From NCBI RefSeq assembly GCF_018350175.1, contig NC_058368.1, forward strand, positions 230,952,001-231,016,000: a stretch of DNA of 64,000 nucleotides. Direction: 5' to 3'. The number at the start of each line of letters is the position of its first letter. The stretch's first letter is position 1. This document shows positions 11,144-23,862 of the stretch, one piece after another. Below the pieces are notes generated by a model, which saw nothing but the letters and a program-made list of their open reading frames with translations, made no database searches and was not told the DNA's origin. The translations under genes were made by a program, and so were the position numbers. The DNA is from Felis catus. Taxonomy: Eukaryota.

Positions 11144-11850
11144 TGAAAGGTAGCAGAAGATGCCACCCCAAATTATGCTACTTTGATATATATTATTTTA
11201 TTTTATTTTATTTTTTAATTTTTTTTTCAACGTTTATTTATTTTTGGGACAGAGAGAGACAGAGCATGAATGGGGAAGGGGCAGAGAGAGAGGGAGACAC
11301 AGAATCGGAAACAGGCTCCAGGCTCTGAGCCATCAGCCCAGAGCCTGACGCGGGGCTCGAACTCACAGACCGCGAGATCGTGACCTGGCTGAAGTCGGAC
11401 GCTTAACCGACTGCGCCACCCAGGCGCCCCGATATATATTATTTTAAACTGAAGGCAGACACAAGGAAAGCTCCCTGCCCTCTCCCATTTGCTTAAAAGC
11501 AGGACACAAATTTCCAAAAGAGTCCCTCCTTCTCTTTGTACCAGGAAGAGAAAAGTTAATTGCTGAGGCAGCTGCGGATCCTATCAGCTTGGAGAGGCCC
11601 CAGAGAAATCTACATGACAAACTTTCTAGTCTTTAGCTACCATTAGTTTACCTTCCCACAGAGTACCATCCCTGGAAGCCTAAAACTACTTTGTTTTGTC
11701 CTGTCATTTTTCCGCCTATTTGTTCTTTGCTCAAGATCCCATAGAAGCTGGAGTTCTAAGTCACCTCTTTGAGTTACTCATTTTTCCCTGGTTATCTCCT
11801 GTATGTACATGAAATATACATGTTTATAAACTTGTTTTTCTTCTGTTACC
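11144..11850 (+). mobile_element. ERV1 LTR (MER34A-like) interrupted by a young SINE
   Basis: tgaaaggtagcagaagatgccaccccaaattatgc start; ttgagttactcatttttccctgg...taaacttgtttttcttctgtta near the end. Confidence 0.72.
11201..11430 (-). mobile_element. Young felid SINEC
   Basis: GGCGCAGTCGG / CAGCCAGGTCACG variant with a perfect 16-bp TSD gatatatattatttta. Confidence 0.95.
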
Positions 11851-14538
11851 CAGCTACTTGATAAGCCATCTCTTCCAATGGAAGCTCTTTGCTGGTCCTC
11901 CAAGCCTGAATTAGGCACATGAACCATCCTTGTATCCCAGACCCACATTTCCATGTGGCTGTGGATTCCCACCACCACTACAACCCTCATGACCGTGCTC
12001 ATACATCCAAAACTTCCAATTGACAGCAAAATAAATATATATCTGGAAAGTGATATGGCTCAAGGATTACTATCTCTCTCTTGGCAAAAATTCACTTATC
12101 AAAAAGGTTAATCACCAAGCTATAACCCACATAAGAATTATAAGGACATGGAATTACATTGTGTAAGAATCACATGGACATCACAAGTATTAATTGCTGA
12201 TTAACTCAACATTTTATTGAATGCTAGTTTTGGGCTAAGAGTCTTGTTTACTCCTTTATTCGAGGGAAGGAAACAGACAATAAACCCGTGCTCCTCTAAA
12301 AGTGGGAAAATGTTACAGGGTTTGAGTTGTCCAAAGATTTGACTTAGTTTGACTCCAGGTACTTGAAATGTACTTTTCCAAATTTCCAAATCAGGCCAGT
12401 AGAGGGAACTGTTGACTTTGGAAATGTCACATCCAACCACAGCTACAAGCGCAAATAGATGCTCCCCAAGTGGGGTGGGGAGGGTGGGGAGATACCAAGA
12501 AGGGAGGGTGAGAAAGTCACTGATGGGCTTCCTCTCAGTCTGCGGGGCAGGCAGGTGTCTGAATGAACAGCAGGGTGAGCTGTTGCCTGGAGAGGCGTTG
12601 CAGTGGCCAGAGAGAAGGGCTCAGGAAACGGGAGTTTACAGGAAAAGGCAGGGCAATGCTAGGAAAACCCAGAAACCTGCCAACCTGTACTTTCTTAATC
12701 AAAACACACAGAAACCAAGAAAAAGGAAAACACTTCAAAAAACTAAAAAGAAAAATCAGAATGAAGTCAGACTAAAATCATGACTGTGGGAGGTGACAAC
12801 AGAATAAATAAACTGAAGAGGCATTTATTCCCGGTTTCGAGCCGAGTCATGCATTCTCCTCTGAAAGGGGCCCTCCCCAAATCCGGTACATGAGCCAGGC
12901 CTTGCACGGGCAGCCTGAGCATCCCCCCCACACACCCCCAGCCCCAGTCCTCACTGCCACCCTGCCCTCTGCAGTAAGAGGCATACAGTGTCGGGTCAGC
13001 TCTCAGTGCATTTCCTTCAGAACTGTAAAAACAGGTTCAAGGAATAACAAGTTTCAAGGATGCCAGAGGTTACTTAGACCCAACCAACTCTATAGTGTCA
13101 CCAGCTCAAAAAGACGCCTGCTACTTCCTCACGTTGTCACACTCCTGTCAAAGAGGAACAAGAAACAGAGAAAGGAAACGCCTAACTCCATTCCTGAGAC
13201 TAACTCATTTCTTTGGTTACCTTACTGTATATTTTTTTGTTGTTGTTGGGGCGGGATAGAGGTTGAAATTGCTGGCTAAATGAGATTTAGGGATTATTTG
13301 AGGATTTATTTTCATACACTCTCTCCATTGTAAAGGCCTAACACAGATTCAGTGGGATTTTTATTATGCATTAAGTATCTGAAGAGGTTAGACTTCTTAG
13401 AGAACCATTCGACAGGCAGATCAAAGGTATTTGCGTCTTAATTTACACTCATGAATGCTGAGTGAGTGCGGTAGAAACCCAAGACCCCCCGACATTCAGT
13501 TCAGTTGTGATATCAAATAATATAAGCATTTGGTTGCTTTAAAGTTTTCCCTAACCACACGGATCCTGTTGGGGCCAACGTTGACCAGACCAAGTCATCT
13601 GGGGTCATTCTGTCACCCTTGCCAGTGACTTGCTTTGGCACGGGGCATGTAACACAACCCTGGCAGTGAGATATAAACAAAACTCTGTTGGAGGCATCTG
13701 GAAATGTTTTCCTGCCCTAGAGAATAGGACACAGACAGGGATTTGCTCCCCCCTCCCAAAGTCTCCCTGTGTTAGTCTTGGCAGCACCAGGGAAAGGTCA
13801 ACAGCACTTCTGAGAAGCTGGCTCCCCGATCCTGGCTTCTCGGAGCCGCTCAATGAAGCAACCGCATCACCACGGCCTTCAGAAACATCGTGTTGCAAGA
13901 GAAGGCAGCTTCTTCGTCATCGAAGCCCTGTTTCACTGGGTGCTCGGTCAACTGCGCCCAGAAACATCATAGCAGATCCTGGGCTGCTGTGAGAATCAGG
14001 CAAACACAAGTGCAAACCATAATTCAGGGACTGGCAAACACTAAAGACTGATCTTTCCCAGGGTTGGCAAGAATGCCCTTGGGAACTTGGTGGAAAGTAT
14101 AAATTGTTGCGGTTTTTTTCTAAAGGCCCCTCCGCAGCAGCTATGGAAATGTGCGTGTCCTTTGACCGAGCAATTGAGTTCTAAGAATCTACCCGTGCAT
14201 TTCTTCCCCTTCCTTCTCTGCCCCTGCTTTCGGGCGTAGAGGCTGGCCTCCAGAAAGGGCACCTGCCCATTCTCAGCCCTGAGGTCTCTGGTGTGGCTCA
14301 GCAAGGGTTGCGGCAAAAGGAGAGACGGGGGTACTCACCCCTGCCTCCCACCCCCCTCCCACCCCACACACTGCCAGCTTCCCCTTCGCAGTGTCAGGTG
14401 AATGAACTGAGGGGCAGGCCTCTGCCTGGGTCACTCTCCCGGGGTCCCGCCTCTGCAGACACTCCCCTTACAATTCCTCACTCCAGCCATCTGACAACAC
14501 CTGTTGCTCAATACACCCTCTTCAGAAACGCACCCCCA

Positions 14539-14742
14539 GGGCCGCCTGGGTGGCTTCACCGGTTTAGCATCTGACTTCAGCTCAGGTCGTGATCTCACCG
14601 TTCCAGAGTTCAAGCCCCGCATCGGGCTTGCGGCCGTCAGCACAGAGCCTGCTTCAGATCCTCTGTCCCCCTCCCTCTCCCTGCCCCTCCCCTGCTCATG
14701 CTCTCTCAAAAATAAACATTAAAATATATATATATATTTTTT
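14539..14742 (+). mobile_element. CanSINE
   Basis: Head, CT tract and tail; TSD aaacgcacccccag/aaatgcgcccccag. Confidence 0.9.
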
Positions 14743-14922
14743 AAATGCGCCCCCAGACACAAACGACTTCACTACAGCACTGTCTGTAACAGGTTAATTT
14801 AGACCCCACGTGCACTACACTCAAAGTTTGGGAGGCTGGATTCTGTGTGCTTTGGCTCACTGTGGGTAGCCCTTGGATGTCAAGTAATTGCTAAATAAAT
14901 ATTTGTTTTAAGAGCAGATCTG

Positions 14923-15160
14923 GGGGCGCCTGGGTGGCGCAGTCGGTTAAGCGTCCGACTTCAGCCAGGTCACGATCTCGCGGTCCGCGAGTTCGAGCCC
15001 CGCGTCGGGCTCTGGGCTGATGGCTCAGAGCCTGGAGCCTGTTTCCGATTCTGTGTCTCCCTCTCTCTCTGCCCCTCCCCCGTTCATGCTCTGTCTCTCT
15101 CTGTCCCAAAAATAAATAAAAACGTTGGAAAAAAAAAAATTAAAAAAAAAAAAAAAAAAA
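14923..15160 (+). mobile_element. Young felid SINEC
   Basis: CpG-intact copy with a long A tail; TSD aagagcagatctg/aagagcggatctg. Confidence 0.95.
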
Positions 15161-15845
15161 AGAGCGGATCTGCTAGAGAATGGGTGAGTTACAGTTTCCT
15201 GAACTGCCTCACAGTTACTGGACGCGGGGGACCCGGCCGCAGACGCACGATCGTGCTCAGGAGTGTGCTGCAGGGGGAGCAAGGTACGTCTTGGGTCCAC
15301 GGGTCGATGTGAAGACATCTCCTGGATCTACGAAGTGGAAAAAATTAAAGCCAACGTCTCTATGGAATTATCCTACGCACGTAAATAAAACGCACACGCA
15401 CACACGGGTGGGTCTGAAAGGGAGACGCTGAGGTCTGGAAGTGTAGGCGGCTGGTCGGTTTGTGAGATAGAGAATGTGAGAGAGGGGAACACGACCTTTT
15501 TAAGAAAAAAAAAGAATACTTCCGTGGTGATTTTCTACCGTAAGCACGTATCACTAGGCATCTTTTGGAATTAAGAACTCACCAAGTAAATGAAACTGGT
15601 TATGCAATTGGGGTAAAATGGGGCACGACCATGTCTCAGCTGAAAGCTCAAATAGCCGCTTTCCTAAAACAGCGGGGAAAGGCACGAACAGAATCTCCGC
15701 TGCCTCCCTTTATTCTCGCTTTAATGACGCCTCTGCGTCCCTCCGACATCTCACCGGGCCGCGTGGCTTCCCCAGCCTTGAATGCCCACCGAGAGACGTC
15801 CCCAGTCACTGCAAGCTATGACAGCCTCCACGACCTCAATTCCCT

Positions 15846-15993
15846 GGGGCGCCTGGGTGGCTCAGTCAGTTAAGCATCTGGGTCATGATCTCGCGGTTTG
15901 GGGGTTCGAGCCTCGCATCGGGTTTTGTGGTGATAGCTCAGAGGCCGGAGCCTGCTTCAGATTCTGTGTCCCCCTCTCTCTGCCCTTCTCCCC
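15846..15993 (+). mobile_element. CanSINE lacking its 3' tail
   Basis: Head present, short internal deletion, ends inside the CT tract. Confidence 0.88.
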
Positions 15994-16135
15994 GTGGGAT
16001 CCCCAGACCAGCAGCAGCAGCAGCAGCAGCAGCATGGGCTGGGAACTTAGTGAGATGCACATTCTCAGGCCCCTCCCCAGACTTTTTCAATCTGAAACTC
16101 TGGGGGCAGAGCTAGGCAATCCTTGTTTTAACCAA
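15994..16135. mobile_element. MER5A fragment containing (CAG)8
   Basis: ccccagaccagcagc...gggaacttagtgagatgcacattctcaggcccctccccagac...tctgaaactctgggg. Confidence 0.8.
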
Positions 16136-16561
16136 ACCTGCATCAAAACACAGATTACCCACCCCGGGCTGGTGATGAGAACCAGGCTGTGTTGTAAGGT
16201 GCCAATGTTCACAGGGAGAGGGGCAACCCCTGGGGGTCCCGTCACCACCTTCAGAAACAAATTAGGGAAAAATCACTTCCTCCTTTGAGGCAATTAAGAC
16301 AAACAAGGAAATGCTTTTCAGTCAGATTTTTTAAGGTGGCAAAAAAAACCCTCCCCTCCCAGCACCCCCCAAACTAGTCAGTTCTAAAGCAGGCTTGGGG
16401 CGGATGTCCCAGGCGTCAGAGCCCAGGAACAGGGAGGGGGAGCCAGGTGGAGAAGAGGGTGGGGCCGGAGAAGTGGCCTCATTCCCAGCTTGAGCAACTC
16501 AGTAAGCAAGTTAAGGATCACGGACACCAGCAGAAAGAGGAAAGTTAAAAACAAGGAAAGC

Positions 16562-16790
16562 GGGGCCCCTGGGTGGCTCAGTTGAGCGTCCCACTCTTGA
16601 TTTTGGCTCAGGTCATGATTTCAAGGACCAGGAGATCAAGCCCCCGTGTCGGGCTCTGTGCCACCAGCTCCGAGACTGCTCGAGATCCTCTCTCTCCCTC
16701 TCTGCCCCTCCCCTGCTCATTTTCTCTCTCTCTCTCACTCTCTCTCTCCAACCAAATAAATAAACATTAAGAAAAAAAACAAGAAAAGAA
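16562..16790 (+). mobile_element. CanSINE
   Basis: Head, CT tract and A tail. Confidence 0.9.
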
Positions 16791-17803
16791 AATAGATTTT
16801 AACGATATACCTATTGTTTAAGAAGATAGAAGAAAAGCCATGTACACATCAAATTAACCACGGCTACCTCCAGACAACAGAGCTGGAGCCCTGGGAGTGA
16901 GGGAGGAGCTAGGAGATTTTCACCCTGAACTCTACTGGCTTTCTGTGTTGACCTTTAGCTGCTTATGTGGTTTTCTTCCAAACACTGTGTGTTCTATTTT
17001 ATACTCAACTGAGTGGCACACCTCCGGTGCCAGGCGGAGAAAGCGCCCAGGACAGCCATCCTGCTGGACCACCCAGTCTGGGCCACGGCCCGGGCACCTG
17101 CCCACTACTCGTCTACCGTGGTGCCCATGTAACTAAATACACCCCGGCCATGCTTGGATCATCCCCAGTGATGTAACCACGCCGCAACCTGACCCAAGCC
17201 GAGGAGAGGCTCCAGCAGGGACCCCTGGCTCTCTTGAGGTCAGAGTGGGGGGCCATGAGCACACGAGTCTCGTCCCCTTCCCTGCCTCCCACGGGTGACC
17301 AAAGGAGTGGAGAGAAGGCAGCAGAGCTGCGGGGAACCACAAAGGGACCGCTGGAGGCGGAGACGGATGTGGGACGCAGGGGAGGCCCCAAGCAGCCCAT
17401 CAAGACCTTGGGAAAGTCAGCAGCGGCCCAAACGAGAAGGGCGGGGCCAGAAAGAAAGGTGGGCTGGGGGGGGGGGGGGGCACCGAGACCCACCCAGCAC
17501 ACAAGGCCGGACAGGAAGTCGCTGGTGGTCCCAGCGCAGAGCGAGCACGCAATGGTGGGGGCTCGTCCTCATAACACAGGCTGCTGCCCCACCACGCACA
17601 ACCTGGAAATGAAACCACAGGGACAAACCAGGGCTGCGTGTAGCCCCTGATTCCTCCGCCTGTACTGCAGGGCCATGGGCCCTGAGCCTAGGCTCAGCAG
17701 TCCCCCCTTTGCTGGGCCTCTCTCTAACCCTGAGAGGGCCTACGTCATCTTCGACTTAAAATACATCAATTCAGGAAAAGCACAGTCCCTGCATAAGGAT
17801 GGG

Positions 17804-18413
17804 TGTTACAGAATGAATGTTCATGTCCCGCCCCCCCCCCCCGCCACAATTCATATGTTGAAACCCCAAGACCCAGTGTGACTACATTTGGAGATAGGGC
17901 CATTGTGGAAATAATTAAAGTTCCATGTGGTCACAGGGGAGCCCTGATCCAATTGGACAGGTGTCCTTGTAAGAGGAGACGCCACGGGGCGGCTGGCTGG
18001 CTCAGTCAGTTGAGCGTCCGACTCTTGATTTGGGCTCAGGTCATGATCTCAGGGTCATGGGATCAAGCCCCGAGTCGAGCTCTGTGCTGAGCATGAAGCC
18101 TGCATAGGATTCTCTCTCTCCCTCTGCCTCTCTCCCCTGCTCGCTCGCTCTCTCTCAAAATGAGTAAACAAACAAGTAAATAAATAGGAGGAGACACCAG
18201 AGACCTCACGCTCTCTCTCCACGGAGTGAGGACACAGCAGGGAGGCACCATGTACAAGAAGCCAGGAAGAGAGTCCTTACCAGGAACCAAATCCCCTGAC
18301 ATCTTGATCCTGGATTCCCAGCCTCCAGAACTCGGAGAAACAAATTTCTGTTGTTTAATCCCCACCTCCAGTTTCTGGGACTTTTGTTACAGACGGCTGA
18401 ACAGACTGACCCT
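17804..18413 (+). mobile_element. MaLR solo LTR (MLT1A/B-like) with a CanSINE inserted at 17986-18186
   Basis: tgttacagaatgaatgtt...tcatatgttgaaacccc...cagcctccagaact...aaatttctgttgttta; SINE flanked by gaggagacgcca/gaggagacacca. Confidence 0.85.
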
Positions 18414-18899
18414 ACACATGTTCCAGACGAATAAAGTAAATGTAACCCAGTGAATGGCAGAAAATAAACTACTGAAGTAATATGCAGAATTTACCCAGTG
18501 CTTAAAAGGGTAGGGAAAAGAAAAAAAAGGGAGAGAAAGCCGTGACGGCAGGACCAGGTGACTTACTCTCCCCTTAAGAGGGAATCTCAGGAAGAAAGAA
18601 CAAAACAAGGCGGGTAGTGTTTCAAAGAGATTAACAGAAAAGTGTTTCCTGCAGTAAAAATATACCTAAAAAAGTCAAAACGAGCACAGAGAGGAGCTGA
18701 GAGGTAGGATAGTTGGGGAGGGGGTGTTTTCAATGTCAAGGATGAGACGGGAGATATTTCCGAGTCTCAGTAATACCCAGGTTATCAACAAAGACACAAA
18801 CACAGGCTGGACTCCCACTGATTCCCCTGCAACACTCAATGAGGGAAGAAAAGGGCAAAGGACAGATTGTTGCTCTTATGTGAACACAAAATGCATTTT

Positions 18900-19126
18900 C
18901 TTTTTTCAATTAAAAAAATTTTTTGGATGTTTATTTTTGAGAGAGAGAGAGTGCACACACAAGTGTGAGCGGGGGAGGAGCAGAGAAGGAGACACAGAAT
19001 CCGAAGCAGGCTCCGGGCTCCGAGCTGTCAGCACAGAGCCCCACGTGGGGCTCAAACCCACAGACCACGAAATCATGACCTGAGCCGAAGCCGGACGCCT
19101 ATCTGACTGAGCCACCCAGACGTCCC
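18900..19126 (-). mobile_element. CanSINE
   Basis: Head at 19126 with T-rich tail on the plus strand; TSD aatgc(g)..atttt. Confidence 0.9.
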
Positions 19127-19299
19127 AATGCGACATTTTGAAAAGGCAAGAATTCAGAAGGTGTCTCACGGGTATTAAACCACAACCAAAATCCTTAACA
19201 CACACAGAGTTCTTGCCAATCAGCAAGAAAGGAAATCTCTTCCTACTGCACGTTCTCCTAGTGTTCACGCCTGGTCTGTGCCGTGGGCCCCACTCTCCA

Positions 19300-20030
19300 C
19301 CCACCCCTGACGCCCCGATCTGTCCCCCATGGGAGCACTGGAGTTTGGAGCTCCAGACCGTCCACCTGCCGTGGGGACCTCTTACACGTGTCACGTCTCA
19401 AAGGCCTACGCACCAGATGGGGCCGGTGCTTCCCCACTTACTGCTCTCCGTGTACCCCTCTGCATCAGTCATCCCCTGTCCTGAGGCTAGAGGCCATCCC
19501 GGCTGCCACCTCCCCTCCACCATCCACATCACACGTCACTTTCCGCCAGGCCGCTTTTTTGCTCCTTCTCTGCCTCTGAAACCGCTTCTGGACTCCCAGG
19601 ATTGGTCAGCCCCTGGCTTCACACACCCAGCCTCATGGCACCCAAACGGATTTGGTACCTAGACCCTTAATGATCTGGTCCCCACCTCCTCACGGGACCA
19701 CCCCTCACCTCTGCGAGTCACACTCAATCCTACTGCCACATACAGTGCCTGAGTAGCGCCGGGCTCCCTCCTGGCCCCGCGCCTTTGGATGCCTCGCCTG
19801 CCACGGCCTCCCTCTGAGTTCCTTGGCACTCAGTTCAAGCCCCCCTCTTGCCCGACCCTTATCCTGAACCCCCAGGCCCATTCCGCCCACACCACCCAGT
19901 GCACCTGCCGTCAGATGCCTACTGAGCTGGAGAATCACTTGAGGGCAGAACTGCCCTTGACTTTGGCATCCCTGGTTCCCGGCCAGGGGGAGGGGTTGAA
20001 TAAGGAGCCACGATCACTGAATGCCTCACG
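19300..20030 (+). mobile_element. Highly diverged LINE-2 3' region
   Basis: L2-like motifs (ggagctccagacc...ccacctgcc; cttgagggcagaac...gcatccctgg...ttgaataa), GC-enriched. Confidence 0.5.
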
Positions 20031-21306
20031 ATAGCCTCTTACACCTTTGCCGTTCAGGACACTGTGGACCTGGGCTTTACAAAGCGTGGGGAGCCTCTAC
20101 GAGGGCAAGGCTTCATACCCTGAAACCTGCCGAGGCGAACGGGTGTTCGCACAGCCTGGCCCCTACGTTTGGGGAATTCTCCGCTCACCCACCTCGACCG
20201 GAAAGCAGCGTGTACAGACTACTTCCTGCTACATTACGGGGAACGGAACTGCCAGATGCTGGCTTTGCGGGCTCCCTGGGCTCCCTGGGTCCGAGTCACC
20301 CACGCTGGCTCTGACCCAGGCGCTCGTGATGCAAAATAGGGGACTGAGAGGTCTCGCTACGGTGGTAGCGGCAGACGCTGTGTTTCCAGAATCAGTGTGC
20401 GGCATGGCTTGGGGCATCTCTGCCAGCCTCCCAGCCCCGAGTCCGACACTCGGCAGCTCCCAGCGACACGGTGAGGGGTCCTACATTCCCGTAATAAGCG
20501 AACGCCTTTTCTTCCCGACTCAGCGGGAAGCGGCTTCTTTGCGACTGACAGCCCGACTGACGAAAGAGATTACTCTCGGAAGCCAAGAGTTTGGCTGTTG
20601 GCCACAAAGTGGCCACAAAGTGGTCAAGTGACAAACCCACTCAAGGCCACAGTTACAAATGACGCGCGGTTCTGAAGGGATGAGCACAGCTTTGCATCTG
20701 TCTCCTACAAATGATGCTATAAGAGGACAGCCACAAGGCACTTGGCGGTGTGGGCAGAAGTGCCACTCCTGGCAATGACCGTCTTGGGCCGGAGGACACT
20801 CAGTGGGACGCACACCTGCCGAGCTGTCTCCCCAACAGTCCTGCCTCGTTGCCCTGACACACCCTCAGCAGGCAGCTCCTGGCTCGTCTTCACGCTGCAG
20901 GCAAGTGTCAGGTGACCTTGTACATACGCCGATTCGATACAGTAACTCTCACTTGTATCTCTTTCAGCTAGGAGTCCACCAGCCTCTCCCGGCCCCCAGC
21001 TCCAAGCACCGGGTGGGGCGCGAGGCTCTAGGTGAAGGATGACAAGGCCGGGTGGCCGGTGCAGCGTCACGATGCTGAGCTCTGCACAAGTAAACTCTGC
21101 ATTGTCCCGAATGCACTACGATGATGTGTTTGCATACTGAGCAGCAGTTTCTCGCACCTCTTACTCGGAGAACGGATTTCTGATCAATTCCCGTCTTCAC
21201 AATAATCTCGCGAGCTGAGTGCATGTGCGGGGGGGCCCCCCCTCAAGCCCACCACCGGGTAGCTGCTCCCCAGCCTCGGCTCTGGGAGGGAAGAGCTGGG
21301 TCTTAC

Positions 21307-21436
21307 CTGCCTGCGCAGCCGTGATGAGGGCCGTGTTCCCCTCGCTGTCCTGCCAGTTGACGTCAACGTGGGGGCACTCTGCTAAGACCACAACAGTATC
21401 CACAAAGCCGTGGTAGCAGGCGACAATAAGGCCGGT
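21307..21436 (-). CDS. ANKRD33B: ANKRD33B internal coding exon (probably exon 2), ankyrin repeat
   Basis: Minus strand reads cttcacttctag|ACC GGC CTT...GCA G|gtaaga. The exon is 130 nt, starts in phase 0 and ends in phase 1. It translates to [43 protein letters not shown](G), which matches ANKRD33B as I recall it, not the paralogue ANKRD33. Confidence 0.95.
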
Positions 21437-22105
21437 CTAGAAGTGAAGAGGGAAGCGGGTCAGAGGGGCAGAGCCCAAGCATCACCCCTGCAGGCCCCGT
21501 GTGCGTGTACCGTCCCCTGGGGGCAGGGAGGGGGGTGCTGGGCGAGCAGTGGTGGGAACAGAGAACCCTGAGTCCAGGTTCTGGGCGGCAGTTTAGAACA
21601 AGCCAGCCACGTTCTCGTCCTCCAGCGTTAATATCGAGCGCTGACCGCGAGGGAGGCACAGTGCCTGGAAAACACCAGGGACCCAAGACTCCGGCCCTAC
21701 GTGGTTCGCCTTCTAGCGGGAGGAAAAACAGCAAACTCTACGCCTAACATACGGGTGATGACGGTTAGAAGGCAGATTAGGGTAAGAGAGGCTGTGAGTG
21801 CAGGGGGGACGTGGCCCGGTCTCAGGTAGGATGCTCAGAGGTCGGGGGCGGGGGCCTCCCTGGGAAGACGTCATTGGACACAGACGGGAAGGAGGTGAGG
21901 GAAGGGGGCCGTGGAGGGGGAACATCCAGCTGGGCGGCCCGCGGGCTGGAGCAGTGAGAACCAGAAGGAGGAAGTCAAGGACGCATCAGGACCACAGAGG
22001 CCACCGCACAAGTGCTCAGACCGAGTACCGGCATCCCGGCCGGCCGCTGGATGGAGATACACTAGGAGACCAGAGTGGAAGCGGGGAGACCAGTTGGGAG
22101 GGGGT

Positions 22106-22870
22106 GTGTAATAAAAATTAAATGATTTGGCTTTTGTCCCCAGTTCCTGGTGCACAGCTCTTAAAACCCTCAGAAACGACTGTTTCTTACACGCAGAAGA
22201 GATGACGCGCATCGGGGACAGGGCGCTGGTAGCTTCCAAATGGGGGCCAGTCTCTAGAAAGACCACCCACCATGTACGTTGGAGGTCGGATCTCGCCGCT
22301 GCTCTGTATCACCCAACCCTACCTCTGTGGGGGGAGCAGGGCTGCAGACCAAGTGTGATCACCGGTAGCCAATGATTGAACGGCTAGAGCAAACCATGTC
22401 TGCTTAACGTAAGTTTCATAAAAACTCCTGAACGACAGGGTTTGGGGAGCTTCCGGGTGGGTGGACACATCAAGGGGCTGGGGTGCTGGCTGGGTGGCAC
22501 ACCAGGAAGGGCATGCGATCGCTACACCCTTTCCCACACCCTGCCCTGAGCACCTCTTCCATTCGGCTGTTTCCGACTTTCACCCTTTATGATAAGCCAG
22601 GGATAGTCAGTCAAGGGCCTTCCTGAGTTCTGGGAGTTATTCCAGCAAACTATCAAACATGAAGGTGGAGGGCGGGGGAATCCCCAAATTTTATGGCCCG
22701 TGGGTGGACACTGGAGTCGGAAAATGGGGGCAGTCTTGTGGGCCTGCACCCAAAACCTGTGGGGTCTGTGCTAACTCTGTGTCAGAATTAATTGTTGGAG
22801 ACCCTGTTGGGGTCAGAGAGCTGGAGAACTGGGATGGAGAAACGACACGGATCCGGTGTCAGAAAAAAGA
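22106..22870 (+). mobile_element. ERVL LTR (MER21C-like)
   Basis: tttgtccccagttcctggtgcacagctcttaaaaccct; gggtttggggagcttccgggt; ttcctgagttctg; gggggcagtcttgtggg...aacctgtggggtctgtgctaactc. Confidence 0.82.
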
Positions 22871-23080
22871 CGCCCCAGGGGATTCCCGCGCATGCTGGGC
22901 AAGTGGTGACGGCGGTCATCCGTGAGCCAGGAAGCATGCCCCCACCAGAACCGGGCCGTGCCGGCACCCTGGTCTCAGATGGCCAAGGCTCCGGAACTGT
23001 GAGAAACAAATTCCCGCTGTTGACAAGCCATCCACTTTACAGGGTTTTGCTACAGCAGTAGCTGAGCTGAGCTGACCCAA
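22871..23080 (+). mobile_element. MaLR LTR 3' half (MLT1A-like)
   Basis: gccggcaccctggtctcaga...ctccggaactgtgagaaacaaattccc...ttgctacagcag. Confidence 0.75.
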
Positions 23081-23597
23081 CGCTTCGTAACAAAGGAAAA
23101 CAATCGAAGGCTCCTCACACACGTGGATTCAGCGGCATGTGCAAAAACTCAGCCCAGGGAAAGACGTGTCAATCCGGAGTTAATGATCGCATGATCTGAG
23201 CCCCGCCAGCCACACACAACCACCCCACGGGGGATGCAGAGCTTAAGTCTGGAGCCACTCCACGGTGACCCAGCTCTACTGTTGCCAGACTTTTAACAAG
23301 AATGCACTTTTTCACGGAACAAGGAGAAGGCATGGGCGCTCCCACCTGCTTATCTCAATAAGGTCCTAGTTGCTGTCCCAAAGAGAAGAGCAGAATCACA
23401 AATGTTAGAATCTTTCGTCTTAGAGACTACCACAGATTTTTTAAATACTGACACCCATTCTACAATGCCAGGATCTCTATAATGTTGGGACTATAAGAAA
23501 GGCTATTTAATATGCCCCGGCTTCTACATTCTTTGCACTAAGTCATTCTGTCTACAGAGTGAAATGTTTCACAGTAATTTTAAAGAGAAGAGAGAGA

Positions 23598-23802
23598 CTG
23601 GGTGGCTCAGTCGGTTAAGCATCTGACTTCGGCTCAGGTCATGATCTCAGGGTTTGTGAGCTCGAGCCCCGCATCGGGCTCTGTGTTGACAGCTCGGAGC
23701 CTGGAGCCTGCTTCAGATTCTATGTCTCGTTCTTTCTCTCTCCCTTCCTCGCTCTCTGTCTCTCTCTCTCTGTCTCTCTCTCTCTCTCTAAAATAAACAT
23801 TA

Positions 23803-23837
<35 letters not shown>

Positions 23838-23862
23838 AAAAATAAATAAACATTAAAGAAAA
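23598..23862 (+). mobile_element. CanSINE with duplicated CT/A tail
   Basis: Two successive (CT)n-AAATAAACATT modules; TSD tttaaagagaagagag. Confidence 0.9.

Larger units (their letters stand above)
3367..21306 (-). other. ANKRD33B: ANKRD33B phase-1 intron, 17940 bp
   Basis: GT donor at 21306 and AG acceptor at 3367; the reading frame is continuous across the junction. Confidence 0.88.

Noticed and set aside
21197..21403. 68-aa [39 protein letters not shown]... as a standalone gene
   Set aside because: It is part of the ANKRD33B exon reading through the splice donor into the intron.
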